Source: Candidatus Uhrbacteria bacterium (GTDB lineage Bacteria; Patescibacteriota; Patescibacteriia; UBA9934; GWF2-40-263). Taken from it: a stretch of DNA of 51,529 bases. The notes beneath the pieces are model-generated. The model saw only the letters and a list, made by a program, of their open reading frames with translations. It was not told the origin of the DNA and searched no databases. This document shows, one piece after another, positions 16,394 to 26,208 of the stretch (position 1 is the stretch's first letter; each line of letters begins with the position of its first letter). The DNA lies in the NCBI GenBank assembly GCA_016209325.1, contig JACQWJ010000036.1:1-51529 (forward strand). The letters run 5' to 3'. Made by a program: the position numbers and the translations under genes.

Positions 16394-17761
16394 TCAGACC
16401 ACGTTCACCAGAGAGACAATCTCATCACGTTTCGCTTCCATGGTTTTCTGATCGACTGCCTCCAAGTTCACCCGCAGCAGCGACTCCGTATTTGACGCGC
16501 GCACGTTGAACCAGAAATCCGGATAGGTGATCGTGATGCCGTCCAATTCGCTGACAGTGCCCTCGGAAAAATGCGCCTTGATCCGCGCGAGGACCGCGTC
16601 CTTGTCCGCGACGCGGAAATTCAGCTCGCCGGAATGGGCGTAACGGCGGTAGGGGCGGATGAGGTCGGCAAGCGTTTTTTGCTGCCGGGTTATTTCCTGG
16701 AGGATCTGGACCGCGACGGTGACCGGGCCCTCGTAGACGCCCGTCGGGAAGGCGTAAAAGAAATGGCCCGAGGACTCGCCGCCGAAGACGGCATTGACTT
16801 CGCGCATGTGCTGCTTGATGAGGGAATGCCCGACTTTGGTGACCACTGGTTGGCCGCCGGCCTCGCGAATCATGTCTTCCGTAATCTTGCCGGGCCGGAT
16901 GTCGTAGCACACGGTCGCGCCCGGATGGTCGCGGAGGACGATCTGGGCGAGGAGGCCACGCAGGATCGCGGGAGGAACGATCTCGCCCTCGTTGTCGACG
17001 AAGAAAATACGATCCCCGTCGCCGTCGGTCGCGATCCCGATGTCAGCCTGCATCTCCAGAACGCTCTTCTGGAGGTCAGCCATGTTTTCTTCCTTGAGCG
17101 GGTCGGCTTCGTGATTCGGAAACCGACCGTCAAGGTCCCAATAGAGACGGGTCACGTCGGCCGGCACCTTCTCGAAGAGGGCTTCGAGATACTCCGCACC
17201 CATGCCATTGGCGGTATCTGCAACAATCCGAAAGCGATTGACGGGAGACACTCCGGCAACGGCGAGCTGAGACGCGACCGCATGCTCGGTCATGCCTGAA
17301 ACAGTCTGAACGGTTCCCGGGACGTCCGCGGGTGTGAAGGCGCCGCGCTCCACAAGATCGGCGATGTCCAGCATGCCGGTCGGGCCGCCGATCGGAACGG
17401 CACGGTCGCGCGTCAGCTTGAAGCCGTTGTAGGTTGCTGGATTGTGGGACGCCGAGACGACGATACCCCCGTCCGCTTCGAGATGGCCGACGGCGTCATA
17501 AAATGTAGGTGTGGAAACGAGGCCGATGTCGAGGACGTCGGTACCTCCTTCGGTCAGTCCCGCGATCAGACGCTCTGCGAGCTCTGGAGAGCTCTCCCGC
17601 ATGTCGCGACCGACAACGACGCGCAGGCGCTTGTCCGGCAGCTCGGCCTGGCGGAAGGCGGCATAGGCCTGGCCGAGCGAAAACGCCCCTTCCGGCGAAA
17701 TTTCGGTCCCCACGAGCCCCCGGATGTCATAGGCTTTGAACACGTGACACGGCATGCGCAT
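16394..17761 (-). CDS. phosphomannomutase/phosphoglucomutase (alpha-D-phosphohexomutase)
   Basis: FKAYDIRG, active-site SASHNPATYNGFK, metal loop DGDGDR, GGESSGH. Confidence 0.88.
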   Translation of the reverse strand: MRMPCHVFKAYDIRGLVGTEISPEGAFSLGQAYAAFRQAELPDKRLRVVVGRDMRESSPELAERLIAGLTEGGTDVLDIGLVSTPTFYDAVGHLEADGGIVVSASHNPATYNGFKLTRDRAVPIGGPTGMLDIADLVERGAFTPADVPGTVQTVSGMTEHAVASQLAVAGVSPVNRFRIVADTANGMGAEYLEALFEKVPADVTRLYWDLDGRFPNHEADPLKEENMADLQKSVLEMQADIGIATDGDGDRIFFVDNEGEIVPPAILRGLLAQIVLRDHPGATVCYDIRPGKITEDMIREAGGQPVVTKVGHSLIKQHMREVNAVFGGESSGHFFYAFPTGVYEGPVTVAVQILQEITRQQKTLADLIRPYRRYAHSGELNFRVADKDAVLARIKAHFSEGTVSELDGITITYPDFWFNVRASNTESLLRVNLEAVDQKTMEAKRDEIVSLVNVV

Positions 17762-17768
17762 ATGATGA

Positions 17769-17797
17769 TTGACGTTGGAAGCAAAATCCCCTAGGAT
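17769..17797 (+). promoter_or_regulatory. candidate promoter for lemA-htpX-clpC
   Basis: TTGACG, 17 nt, TAGGAT, about 43 nt upstream of the lemA ATG. Confidence 0.35.
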
Positions 17798-17839
17798 AAG
17801 ATCAGATTATTCTATAGAAAGAGCTATTTATTGTCACCT

Positions 17840-18394
17840 ATGTTCACGCCCTTGTGGATCGTCCTCGGAGCCGTCGCGCTCATTGCGATTTGGTTCGTTG
17901 CGACCTATAACCGCCTCATTCAGTCCCGGAACCGCGTGGACGAGGCCTGGTCCGACATCGAAGTGCAGATGAAGCGCCGCTACGATCTCATTCCGAACCT
18001 CGTCGACACCGTGAAGGGCTACACCAAGCATGAGGAGGGTGTGTTCACAAAAGTGACCGAAGCCCGCACGGCCGCCATGTCGGCCACCACCCCCGCAGAC
18101 CACGCCAAAGCTGAAAACATGCTGTCCTCTACGCTCAAGTCGCTGTTCGCGGTGGCCGAAGCCTACCCACAGCTCCAGGCTGTCCAAAGCTTCGTCGATC
18201 TCCAGCACAACCTGACCGACGCCGAGGACAAAATTCAGGCTGCACGCCGCTTCTACAACGCCAACATCCGCGACTTCAACACCATGCTCCAGGTCTTCCC
18301 GACGAATCTGATCGCGGGCATGTTCGGCTTCCTGAAGCGCGAATTCTACGACGCGCCCGACATCGTGAACGAGGCGCCGAAAGTCCAGTTCTAA
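17840..18394 (+). CDS. lemA: LemA family protein
   Basis: N-terminal TM then YNRLI..RNRVDEAWSDIEVQMKRRYDLIPNLV, the typical LemA signature. The track start at 17831 is a TTG; ATG 17840 is preferred. Confidence 0.88.
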   Translation: MFTPLWIVLGAVALIAIWFVATYNRLIQSRNRVDEAWSDIEVQMKRRYDLIPNLVDTVKGYTKHEEGVFTKVTEARTAAMSATTPADHAKAENMLSSTLKSLFAVAEAYPQLQAVQSFVDLQHNLTDAEDKIQAARRFYNANIRDFNTMLQVFPTNLIAGMFGFLKREFYDAPDIVNEAPKVQF

Positions 18395-18435
18395 AATCTA
18401 TTTGGACCACGCGTTCTTCTTGAGATCTCGCAATC

Positions 18436-19338
18436 ATGTACTCCGAAATCACCGCCAACAAGCGCAAGACCTTCGGCCTCATGGCCGCGTTCATCCTCCT
18501 CGTCCTCGGCCTGGGCTGGGCGCTGGGGGAATATTTCGGCTCCCCGAGTGGAGGCCTCATCGCCGCCGGCGTCGTGGCGGCCGTCATGAACCTGATCGGG
18601 TACTTCCAAGGAGACAAGGTGGCGCTCGCGGCCTCGGGCGCCAAGCCGATCGAGCGGCGGGACAACCCCCAGCTCTACACCCTGGTCGAAAACCTGGCGA
18701 TCGCCTCGGGACTTCCGACCCCCAAGGTGTACGTCATCGCCGACCCGTCCCCGAATGCGTTCGCGACGGGACGGGATCCCTCCCATGCCTCGGTCGCGGT
18801 CACGACAGGGCTGCTTGAGATCATGGATCGCGCAGAATTGGAAGGCGTCCTGGCCCACGAGATGTCCCACGTGAAAAACTACGACATCCGCGTCATGACG
18901 ATCGTTGTGGTCCTCGTCGGAACCATTCTGCTCCTGTCCGACTGGCTGCTGCGCATGACCGTCTTCGGAGGGCGCCGCGACAGCGAGAAGTCGTCCGGCC
19001 AACTCGGAGTCATCCTCCTTGTCATTGGATTGGTGCTTGCGATTCTGTCTCCCCTGCTTGCCGAGCTCATCAAGCTCGCCGTCAGTCGGAGCCGGGAATA
19101 TCTCGCGGACGCCTCCGGGTCGCTTCTGACCCGCTACCCCGACGGCCTGGCTCGGGCGCTCGAAAAAATCGCGGCCCACGACCGGCCACTTCTCCGCGCC
19201 AACCACGCGACCGCCCACCTGTTTCTCGCCAACCCCTTCGACCCCCATGTGACGAAAAAGTTCGAGCAGTTGTTCAGCACCCACCCTCCGATCGAGGAGC
19301 GGATCGCCCGCCTGAAAAAGATGGGAACGACCGTATGA
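18436..19338 (+). CDS. htpX: zinc metalloprotease HtpX (M48)
   Basis: HEMSHV zinc motif, four TM segments, C-terminal STHPPIEERI. Confidence 0.9.
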   Translation: MYSEITANKRKTFGLMAAFILLVLGLGWALGEYFGSPSGGLIAAGVVAAVMNLIGYFQGDKVALAASGAKPIERRDNPQLYTLVENLAIASGLPTPKVYVIADPSPNAFATGRDPSHASVAVTTGLLEIMDRAELEGVLAHEMSHVKNYDIRVMTIVVVLVGTILLLSDWLLRMTVFGGRRDSEKSSGQLGVILLVIGLVLAILSPLLAELIKLAVSRSREYLADASGSLLTRYPDGLARALEKIAAHDRPLLRANHATAHLFLANPFDPHVTKKFEQLFSTHPPIEERIARLKKMGTTV

Positions 19339-21851
19339 TGCCCCATGAAATCGTAGAAAAATTCACAAGCCACCTGAAGAGCGTCCTCACCCGGGCGCTC
19401 TGCTTGGCCCTGGAAATGAAGCAGACCAATGTTCAGCCGGAGCACCTCCTGTGGGCGCTCGGGACGGAAAAAGGCTGCGTGGGAGCCGAAATCCTGCATA
19501 AGTGCCACGTGAAACCCGACGCCCTGCGGCGCCTAGCAGGAACAGCACCGGAACGGCAGAGCGCGCGCCTGCCTCGGCCGGAACGGATCGAAAACCCGTC
19601 CCTGTCCCCGGCGGCGAGACGCACGCTCGAAAAAGCCGTCCTGTCGGCCACACATCACGCGCACGCCTACGTGGGAACCGAGCACCTCCTGTCCGGGCTC
19701 CTCGCGGTCAAGGACCGGAGGCTCGAAACGTTCTTCGCGCGAGAGCAGGTGAGCCAAAAGGCTATGGACGAACATCTGAACGTGGTCCTGAGGAGCGTGT
19801 CCAAGTTTCCCGAGCTGGCGCGGACTATGGGCGAACCAACGACGGGGGTCCGGAACCTCCCGGAACAGCGCGAAGAAGGCGAGACGGATGCGGAAGGGGA
19901 CAGACAGAAGACCCCGGCCCTGGACTATTTCGGCCGTGACCTCACGGCCGCCGCACGGGGAGGGCACATCGACCCCCTCGTCGGCCGCGACGCGGAGCTC
20001 CGCCGGGTGACCGAAATCCTGTGCCGGCGCACCAAGAACAACCCACTCCTCCTCGGGGAGCCGGGAGTCGGAAAGACGGCCATCGTCGAGGGACTCGCCC
20101 TCCGGATTACCGAAGGCTCCGTCCCGTCCGCGCTCCAGGGGCGGCGCGTCGTGGCCCTCGACCTCGGGCTCGCAGTGGCGGGCACCATGTACCGGGGCGA
20201 GTTCGAGGCGCGCCTGCACCAGATCATCGAGGAGGCACGCGCGCATCCCGAGGTCATCCTGTTCGTCGATGAGGTACACACGATCGTCGGGGCCGGCTCG
20301 GCTTCCGGCTCGATCGACGCGGCCAACATGCTGAAACCGGCGCTCGCGCGGGGCGAGATCCGCTGCATCGGCGCGACGACGCTGGCCGAGTATCGTAAGC
20401 ACGTAGAACCGGACGCGGCCCTCGAGCGCCGTTTCCAACCCGTCATGGTGGCCGAGCCGCGTCCGGACGAGGCCGTGCGCATCCTGGAGGGCCTGGCCGC
20501 AACCTACGAGCGCTTCCACGGCGTCGCGATCGAACCTGCCGCCCTGCGCGCGGCTGTTGACCTGGCGGTTCGTTACCTGCCCGACAAGCGCCTGCCCGAC
20601 AAGGCCATCGACCTCCTCGACGAGACGGCTTCCGCTGTGCGTATCCGGACCGGGGGCGGGTCGTCCGCTGACCGGGAGCGAGAAGTTGCGCGCGAGCTCC
20701 AGCGGCTGCGCGAAGCCAAGCAGGCCGCCGTGGCCGCCGAACGGTACGAGGAAGCCCTAAAGCTACGCGAAGAGGAACGGGAACGTCAGGAGGAGCTCGC
20801 GCGCCTACGCGCTTCCGCCGTGCCGGCCGCCGCGCTCCCCCTGACCGCCGAAGACGTGCGGCAAACCGTCGCCCGCCTGACCCGCCTGCCGCTCGCCGCT
20901 CTCGAGGAAAACGCACGAGCCACGCTCCTCTTCCTGGAGCGGGACTTGAACGCCCGAATCGCGGGACAGGAGGCGGCCGTCCGCCAGGTGGCCGAAGCCG
21001 TACAACGGGCCTCGACCGGCGTTGGGAATCCCCGCCGGCCGTGGACGTCGCTCCTGTTCGTTGGCCCTTCCGGTGTGGGCAAGACCGAGCTGGCCCGGGC
21101 CGCGGCCGAGGCCGTCTTTGGCGACCCGAAGGCACTCGTGCGCCTCGACATGTCCGAATTTGGCGAAAGCCATAGTGCCTCGAAGCTCCTCGGATCCCCC
21201 GCCGGTTACGTGGGATACCGCGAGTCGACGAAACTCGCCGACCAGCTCCGGCAGCGTCCGGCGAGCGTGGTCCTATTTGACGAGCTCGAAAAGGCCCACC
21301 CCGACGTGCAGCAGCTCCTCCTCCAAATCCTCGAGGAAGGCGAGCTGACCGACGGCGCGGGAAGCCGCATGAGCTTCCGCCACGCCCTGGTCATCCTGAC
21401 CTCGAACGTCGGATCCGAACGGCTCGAGGGGACGCGCCTCGGTTTTTCGGCGGGAGCGGAGAGTGGCGGGTCGCATCTTCGAGAAGATCTGCGACAGGCG
21501 CTCGAGGAACGGTTCCGTCCGGAACTGGTGAACCGGCTCGACTACGTCTGCGTCTTCGAGCCGCTGACCGAGACGGCCCTGCGGGCGATTGCCGCGCGCC
21601 AGCTCGACGAACTGCGGGACCGCCTGGCGGAGCGGGGGACGGTCTTGTTGTGGGAGCCTTCCGTGGTCCAGGCGATCGCAGCGCGCGCCGCGTTGAGCAA
21701 GCTGCGGGCGCGTGAAATCCGGACGAGCATCCAGTCTCAGATCGAACCTCTCCTCGCCCGACACCTGCTTGAGCATTCAGGCCATGAGTCTATCCACGTC
21801 GCCTGGAAGGACAACGCGTTCTGTCTTTTGACCGAGAACGCGACTTCCTAA
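19335..21851 (+). CDS. clpC: AAA+ chaperone, ClpC-type Clp ATPase
   Basis: Clp_N repeats, two Walker A motifs (GEPGVGKT, GPSGVGKT), and a short middle domain with the UVR-like ERYEEALKLREEER. ATGA overlap with htpX. Confidence 0.88.
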   Translation: MMPHEIVEKFTSHLKSVLTRALCLALEMKQTNVQPEHLLWALGTEKGCVGAEILHKCHVKPDALRRLAGTAPERQSARLPRPERIENPSLSPAARRTLEKAVLSATHHAHAYVGTEHLLSGLLAVKDRRLETFFAREQVSQKAMDEHLNVVLRSVSKFPELARTMGEPTTGVRNLPEQREEGETDAEGDRQKTPALDYFGRDLTAAARGGHIDPLVGRDAELRRVTEILCRRTKNNPLLLGEPGVGKTAIVEGLALRITEGSVPSALQGRRVVALDLGLAVAGTMYRGEFEARLHQIIEEARAHPEVILFVDEVHTIVGAGSASGSIDAANMLKPALARGEIRCIGATTLAEYRKHVEPDAALERRFQPVMVAEPRPDEAVRILEGLAATYERFHGVAIEPAALRAAVDLAVRYLPDKRLPDKAIDLLDETASAVRIRTGGGSSADREREVARELQRLREAKQAAVAAERYEEALKLREEERERQEELARLRASAVPAAALPLTAEDVRQTVARLTRLPLAALEENARATLLFLERDLNARIAGQEAAVRQVAEAVQRASTGVGNPRRPWTSLLFVGPSGVGKTELARAAAEAVFGDPKALVRLDMSEFGESHSASKLLGSPAGYVGYRESTKLADQLRQRPASVVLFDELEKAHPDVQQLLLQILEEGELTDGAGSRMSFRHALVILTSNVGSERLEGTRLGFSAGAESGGSHLREDLRQALEERFRPELVNRLDYVCVFEPLTETALRAIAARQLDELRDRLAERGTVLLWEPSVVQAIAARAALSKLRAREIRTSIQSQIEPLLARHLLEHSGHESIHVAWKDNAFCLLTENATS

Positions 21852-21897
21852 GCCGCTTAAATCGACATGCCGTGCTCCCGCATGGCCACGTTCGTCT

Positions 21898-22959
21898 ATG
21901 GAGGCTGCCAATCCGACATACTCGTCCCTGCCCGCGCGCAGGCCCGCTCCCCCGCCGTCTCCCCGCTCCCTGTCGGAGGCGGGAGCGCAGACGCACGCGC
22001 GGATCGCGGCCAAGGGCCTGGAAACCGAATCGGCATGGGTCGGTCGTCTACGGCACGCCACGGCCCAAGAGCGGCTGACGAAGCCGTCTCCGGCGGCATC
22101 GGTCCCTGCTTCCCCGCGCGGCCTGCGCGGAGTGGCGAGCCAGGCGTTCACCCAACGGATGGCCGCGGTGCCGGACGGCGTTCCCGTCGAAGGACAGCGG
22201 CAGCTGCAGGAGAACGTGCTGCGTGAGCGCCTCCAGGCCAGCCGGCTGACGACCCAAAAACATCCCCCTCTCTCCCCCTTGTCATTCAATCCGGCTGCGG
22301 CCAACGCCAACTTGGGACGTATCCGGGCCGCGCGAAAAAACCCGGAGACCACTCCCGAAGACGCGGAACTTCTGGAAGAGGCAGAAGCGTCACCCGAGCA
22401 GGGGATCGCGCGCCAGCTGGCCTTTCGCCTGTCCCTCCGGCGCCAGCAGCAGATGGACCGCATGCGCGCCCTAACGGGGCAAAGCGAGGAGGACAAGGCG
22501 AAAGCCGAGCTGCAAAAACAGGTACGCAAAGCCGCCAAGGCGGCCATTCGGCGCGGCGTCCAGTATCTCTTCACCTCGATCGCGAACGTCCTCACGGTCG
22601 GAACCGCCGGAGTCGCGATCGTCGTCACAATTTTCATCTACGCCTTTTCGCTTCTCGACCTCAACATCCAGATGATTTGGGGGTATTATATTACCAAGAA
22701 AAAAAGCCTGTTCTTCCCGCCCCTCGAATGGGCCCCCCTACCCATCCCGCTGCCTGACATCGTTCTGCACGCGCTCGTGGTGTTCGTCGACATCGCTCTC
22801 TTTCTGGGACTGATGGCGGTCGGTATCAGTATGTTCATCATGCTGTTCGGACCCATGCTTGCCGCACTCCTCGGACCGGCAGCTGCCCTCACGCTGTTTA
22901 CCAATCCAGCCTTCCTGAATATCATGTCGAACGTGGCGGCAAACGTCATTGCATTCTAA
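21898..22959 (+). CDS. membrane protein: P/A/R-rich N-terminal half, multi-TM C-terminal half
   Basis: The C-terminal 130 aa form 3-4 hydrophobic helices (VGTAGVAIVVTIFIYAF..., VVFVDIALFLGLMAVGISMFIMLF...). The N-terminal boundary is uncertain. Confidence 0.5.
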   Translation: MEAANPTYSSLPARRPAPPPSPRSLSEAGAQTHARIAAKGLETESAWVGRLRHATAQERLTKPSPAASVPASPRGLRGVASQAFTQRMAAVPDGVPVEGQRQLQENVLRERLQASRLTTQKHPPLSPLSFNPAAANANLGRIRAARKNPETTPEDAELLEEAEASPEQGIARQLAFRLSLRRQQQMDRMRALTGQSEEDKAKAELQKQVRKAAKAAIRRGVQYLFTSIANVLTVGTAGVAIVVTIFIYAFSLLDLNIQMIWGYYITKKKSLFFPPLEWAPLPIPLPDIVLHALVVFVDIALFLGLMAVGISMFIMLFGPMLAALLGPAAALTLFTNPAFLNIMSNVAANVIAF

Positions 22960-22966
22960 CGCGAGT

Positions 22967-24193
22967 ATGACAGAACGCACCAAAAAAATCCTGGCGATCC
23001 TCGCCTTCCTCGCTTCCGTGGTGGGCATCGGTACCGCCCTCTATGTTCTGTTTTTCGCGCCAGCTCAGGAACCGCCAGCCCCGACCGTCGGGGAGGAAGC
23101 CTTCGGGGAAGGCGGTTTGCCCACGGCGGGCCTCGGCGACTTTGTTGCCATCGAATCCGACAACGGCGGACAAGGAACGGTCCTCCCTCCTGCGGACGAA
23201 ATCGCCCGGGGCGGACTGACGAAGACGACGATTCTGACCGCCGCGCCCGTTACGTCGATCGGAGGTTCGGACGGGGGAACGGACGTCAACTACTACGATC
23301 CGGCCGACGGGCGCTTTTATGCGACCGACGCCGACGGCAATGTACATGCACTATCTCCGGAGAAATTCCCCGCCGTTTCTTCGGTCGCTTGGAACGGGGA
23401 AGGAAATAAGGCTGTACTGGAATTTCCGGATGGCTCGAACGTCGTCTACGACTTTGAAAACGAGCGGCAGGTGACCCTTCCCAAACACTGGGAGGAGTTC
23501 GCGTTCTCCCCCGTCTCCGACCGCATCATGGCAAAGAGCCTCAGCATCGATCCCGGTAACCGCGCCCTCGTCGTCTCAAACGCTGACGGCTCGAATGCGC
23601 GTGCGGTCCAGGCGCTCGGGGAAAACGCCGACAAGGTCCAAGTGAATCCCTCGCCCAATCGCCAAGTCATCGCCTTTTCGGACACCGGGGAGGCACAAGC
23701 CGGGTTCGGACGCAGCATGATCCTCCCGCTCGGGGAAAACCAGGAAAACTTCAAAGGTTTGATCGTCGAAGGTCTCAACTTCCAGCCGCTCTGGAACCCA
23801 CGGGGAGACGTGCTTGTGTATTCGGTGGCAGGGGAAACAAGCGGGTACAAACCGCTCCTGTGGGCCGTGGACGGTTCCCCGAACCAACTCGGCAACAACC
23901 GTCGGAGCCTTGGCGTCTATACCTGGGCCGACAAGTGCGCGTTTGCGGACCAGACTGTCCTTTACTGCGCGGCTCCGCCCGACCTGCCGGAAAACGCGGG
24001 ACTGCAGCCCGTCCTGGCCGCCTCCCTTCCAGACGTCCTGTACCGCATCGAGCTCGACATCGGACGCGCGACGGTCGCCGCCCGACCCGCGACGGACACG
24101 ACGATGCGAAACCTGCGCGTGGCGTCCGACGGGTCGGTCCTGTATTTTCAAAACGCTCTGACCGGCCGCTTGGAGGCCATTCGACTCAAGTGA
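22967..24193 (+). CDS. membrane-anchored TolB-like (PD40/WD40-like) beta-propeller protein
   Basis: N-terminal TM (ILAILAFLASVVGIGTALYVLFF). Repeated FSP..D.I / PSPN.Q.IAFS / WNPRGD.LVYS blades. Confidence 0.7.
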   Translation: MTERTKKILAILAFLASVVGIGTALYVLFFAPAQEPPAPTVGEEAFGEGGLPTAGLGDFVAIESDNGGQGTVLPPADEIARGGLTKTTILTAAPVTSIGGSDGGTDVNYYDPADGRFYATDADGNVHALSPEKFPAVSSVAWNGEGNKAVLEFPDGSNVVYDFENERQVTLPKHWEEFAFSPVSDRIMAKSLSIDPGNRALVVSNADGSNARAVQALGENADKVQVNPSPNRQVIAFSDTGEAQAGFGRSMILPLGENQENFKGLIVEGLNFQPLWNPRGDVLVYSVAGETSGYKPLLWAVDGSPNQLGNNRRSLGVYTWADKCAFADQTVLYCAAPPDLPENAGLQPVLAASLPDVLYRIELDIGRATVAARPATDTTMRNLRVASDGSVLYFQNALTGRLEAIRLK

Positions 24194-24194
24194 T

Positions 24195-24857
24195 ATGCAA
24201 CACCGCTGGCTTACCCTCTTTAGCATCGGATTTTTGGCGGTCATCGTCTTCGCGCTGTTCTTTTTGCGCCTCCAGCCCGTACGACCCCGCTTCGCGCAAA
24301 CCGCGCAGCCGACGGAAACGGCCGTGACAACGGAACCAAGTGTGCATGTCCGGAATCCGGCCAAAGGAGCGAAGGAACCGCGCGTGACGCTGGTGGAATT
24401 CGGCGACTTCCAGTGCATGCCCTGCAAGGACATGGCCGAATCCATCGACGTACTCCTCAGAACGATTCCCGAAGTTCGCATGGTCTGGAAAAATATGCCA
24501 AACGAGTCTGCCCACCCGCTCGCGACCCCAACGGCAATCGCAGCCCACTGCGCGGCGGACCAGGGAAAATTCTGGGACTACCACGATGCCCTGTATGCAC
24601 AACAAGCCACACTGTCGGAATCTCTCTTCCCTTCTCTCGCAAAAGAACTGGGGCTCGATATGAAACGGTTTGAACAGTGCTACGCCAACCGCGACCCGCT
24701 TCCCTTGATCAAGAAAGACTTTGAAGAAGCCTTGGCTCTCCAACTGAGCGCGACGCCGACCATCTTCATCGGCGAGGAACGCATCGTTGGACTTGCGTCC
24801 GCGGAGGAACTCATAACCGCAGTGCGCCAGGTACTCGCTTCACAGCCCGCCTTATGA
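24195..24857 (+). CDS. membrane-anchored DsbA-family thioredoxin-fold oxidoreductase
   Basis: N-terminal TM. Active site FGDFQCMPCK (CxxC). Thioredoxin-like C-terminus ...PTIFIGEERIVG. Confidence 0.8.
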   Translation: MQHRWLTLFSIGFLAVIVFALFFLRLQPVRPRFAQTAQPTETAVTTEPSVHVRNPAKGAKEPRVTLVEFGDFQCMPCKDMAESIDVLLRTIPEVRMVWKNMPNESAHPLATPTAIAAHCAADQGKFWDYHDALYAQQATLSESLFPSLAKELGLDMKRFEQCYANRDPLPLIKKDFEEALALQLSATPTIFIGEERIVGLASAEELITAVRQVLASQPAL

Positions 24858-26143
24858 AGCGCCTAGCCGTCCTCATCGGACTTCTCCTCACGCTGACGAC
24901 GGTTGGCTTCGAAACGCGCATGGCCCAGGCCGGCAGCTGCGTCTGCTCCGATAAACAGGACGCTTGCCAGGTGTTGACGTCCGCGAGCACCGAGTCCTGC
25001 GACCTCGTTTGCCGGAGCAGCCTCGGAGCTGCCTTCGGCTCGAGCGCCTATTCGGAGCCCACGACGGCCGGCGCGGAGCAGTTAAAGTCCGCGTGCGCGG
25101 CGGCGACCGAGAAGGCAGGGGAGAAAACGGTCGAGCAGGGCACCTACCAGAAGCCCGTTCTCGGTGTTAACATTCCAACCATCTCGTTTTCCGACGCCAC
25201 AAAGGACGGGCGGTTCCTGAAAATCAACTTCCTCGCCGAATACGTCACGGGCGCGTACCGCTTCATGCTTTCGGTCGGATTCACGATTGCCGTCATCATC
25301 CTCATGGTGGGCGGCTTCCAATACGTCCTCCACTGGGACGTCGCCAAGGCCAAGAAGCGGATGACGGAAGCGCTGATCGGTCTCGTGCTCCTCATGTCCG
25401 TCACAATTCTCCTGTACGCGGTCAATCCCCAACTCATCCTGTTCAAGCCGCTCAGCATCGAGCACATCGACGAACTTCGGCTTTCAACGGCGACGGACGG
25501 AGAAGAAGGCGGCGGAACGCGGTCGAACAACCTCAGCGATTTGCCCGCCCAGTGCAAGGACGTGGTCACAGAAGCCAAGACGGAAGGCAAGTGCGATATG
25601 ACAAACGGCGCGAAGTTCAGCTCACCCACCGGGAAAGGACCGAATTGCGGCAAGCACCACTGGCAGGACGGAGGTGCCGAGTGGGATTACAAAAAGATCA
25701 CGAACCTCGACTACGCGGCCGGCTGGGGACAGGCGATCATAGCCCCATTTGACGGCGTCGTGACCTACGCCAAGCAGACCGACGCGACGAACCGCTGCGG
25801 GAACAGGATTTATCTCAAGGGCAGCGGGGCGGACATCACCATCTGCCACGCCAAAGACTTCCTCGACGGATCGAACAGCTACCAGGGCGCGCATGTCGTA
25901 AAGGCGGGGGACGTCCTCGGGCACATCGGCGGCAACTGCTGCCAGGGAGAAAACCCGCCTGGAGACTGGGCGGCTGCCAAGGGAGGCTGGTGCAAGAAAC
26001 CCGGTCCCGCCTGTTCCGATCCGACCAAGGCAGAAAGCTGCAACTGTCAGCCGATCGAGCAGGCCGGCAACACCTCGGGCCCGCACGTCCACGTGACCTG
26101 GAATCCCGTAGGGGGGAATCTCCTCGCCTGCCTTGCCGATTAA
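24854..26143 (+). CDS. Cys-rich secreted/membrane protein with pilin-like 2-TM segment and C-terminal M23 (LytM) peptidase domain
   Basis: Signal peptide. Two TM helices resemble my memory of CPR 'T4SS pilin' proteins. HHWQD (HxxxD) and SGPHVHV (HxH) M23 motifs. At least 15 Cys. Confidence 0.7.
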   Translation: MKRLAVLIGLLLTLTTVGFETRMAQAGSCVCSDKQDACQVLTSASTESCDLVCRSSLGAAFGSSAYSEPTTAGAEQLKSACAAATEKAGEKTVEQGTYQKPVLGVNIPTISFSDATKDGRFLKINFLAEYVTGAYRFMLSVGFTIAVIILMVGGFQYVLHWDVAKAKKRMTEALIGLVLLMSVTILLYAVNPQLILFKPLSIEHIDELRLSTATDGEEGGGTRSNNLSDLPAQCKDVVTEAKTEGKCDMTNGAKFSSPTGKGPNCGKHHWQDGGAEWDYKKITNLDYAAGWGQAIIAPFDGVVTYAKQTDATNRCGNRIYLKGSGADITICHAKDFLDGSNSYQGAHVVKAGDVLGHIGGNCCQGENPPGDWAAAKGGWCKKPGPACSDPTKAESCNCQPIEQAGNTSGPHVHVTWNPVGGNLLACLAD

Positions 26144-26159
26144 CTGCTGAAAAAAAAAC

Positions 26160-26186
26160 GCCGGGACCCGTTTCCCGGCTTTTTTG
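26160..26186 (+). terminator. rho-independent terminator
   Basis: GCCGGGAcccgttTCCCGGC followed by TTTTTT. Also preceded by an A-run, so possibly bidirectional. Confidence 0.7.
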
Positions 26187-26208
26187 ATCGTGGTAGGATG
26201 CCCGGCAT

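Noticed and set aside
19533-21135. Minus-strand ORFs (19533-20519, 20443-21135 and others) opposite clpC
   Set aside because: They are antisense to ClpC, Arg/Pro-rich, and have no motifs.
21777-22637. 286-aa minus-strand ORF opposite the 21898-22959 membrane protein
   Set aside because: Both strands are open in this GC-rich stretch. The plus strand was chosen because it continues into clear TM helices and fits the co-directional cluster. The N-terminal half of the plus ORF remains uncertain.
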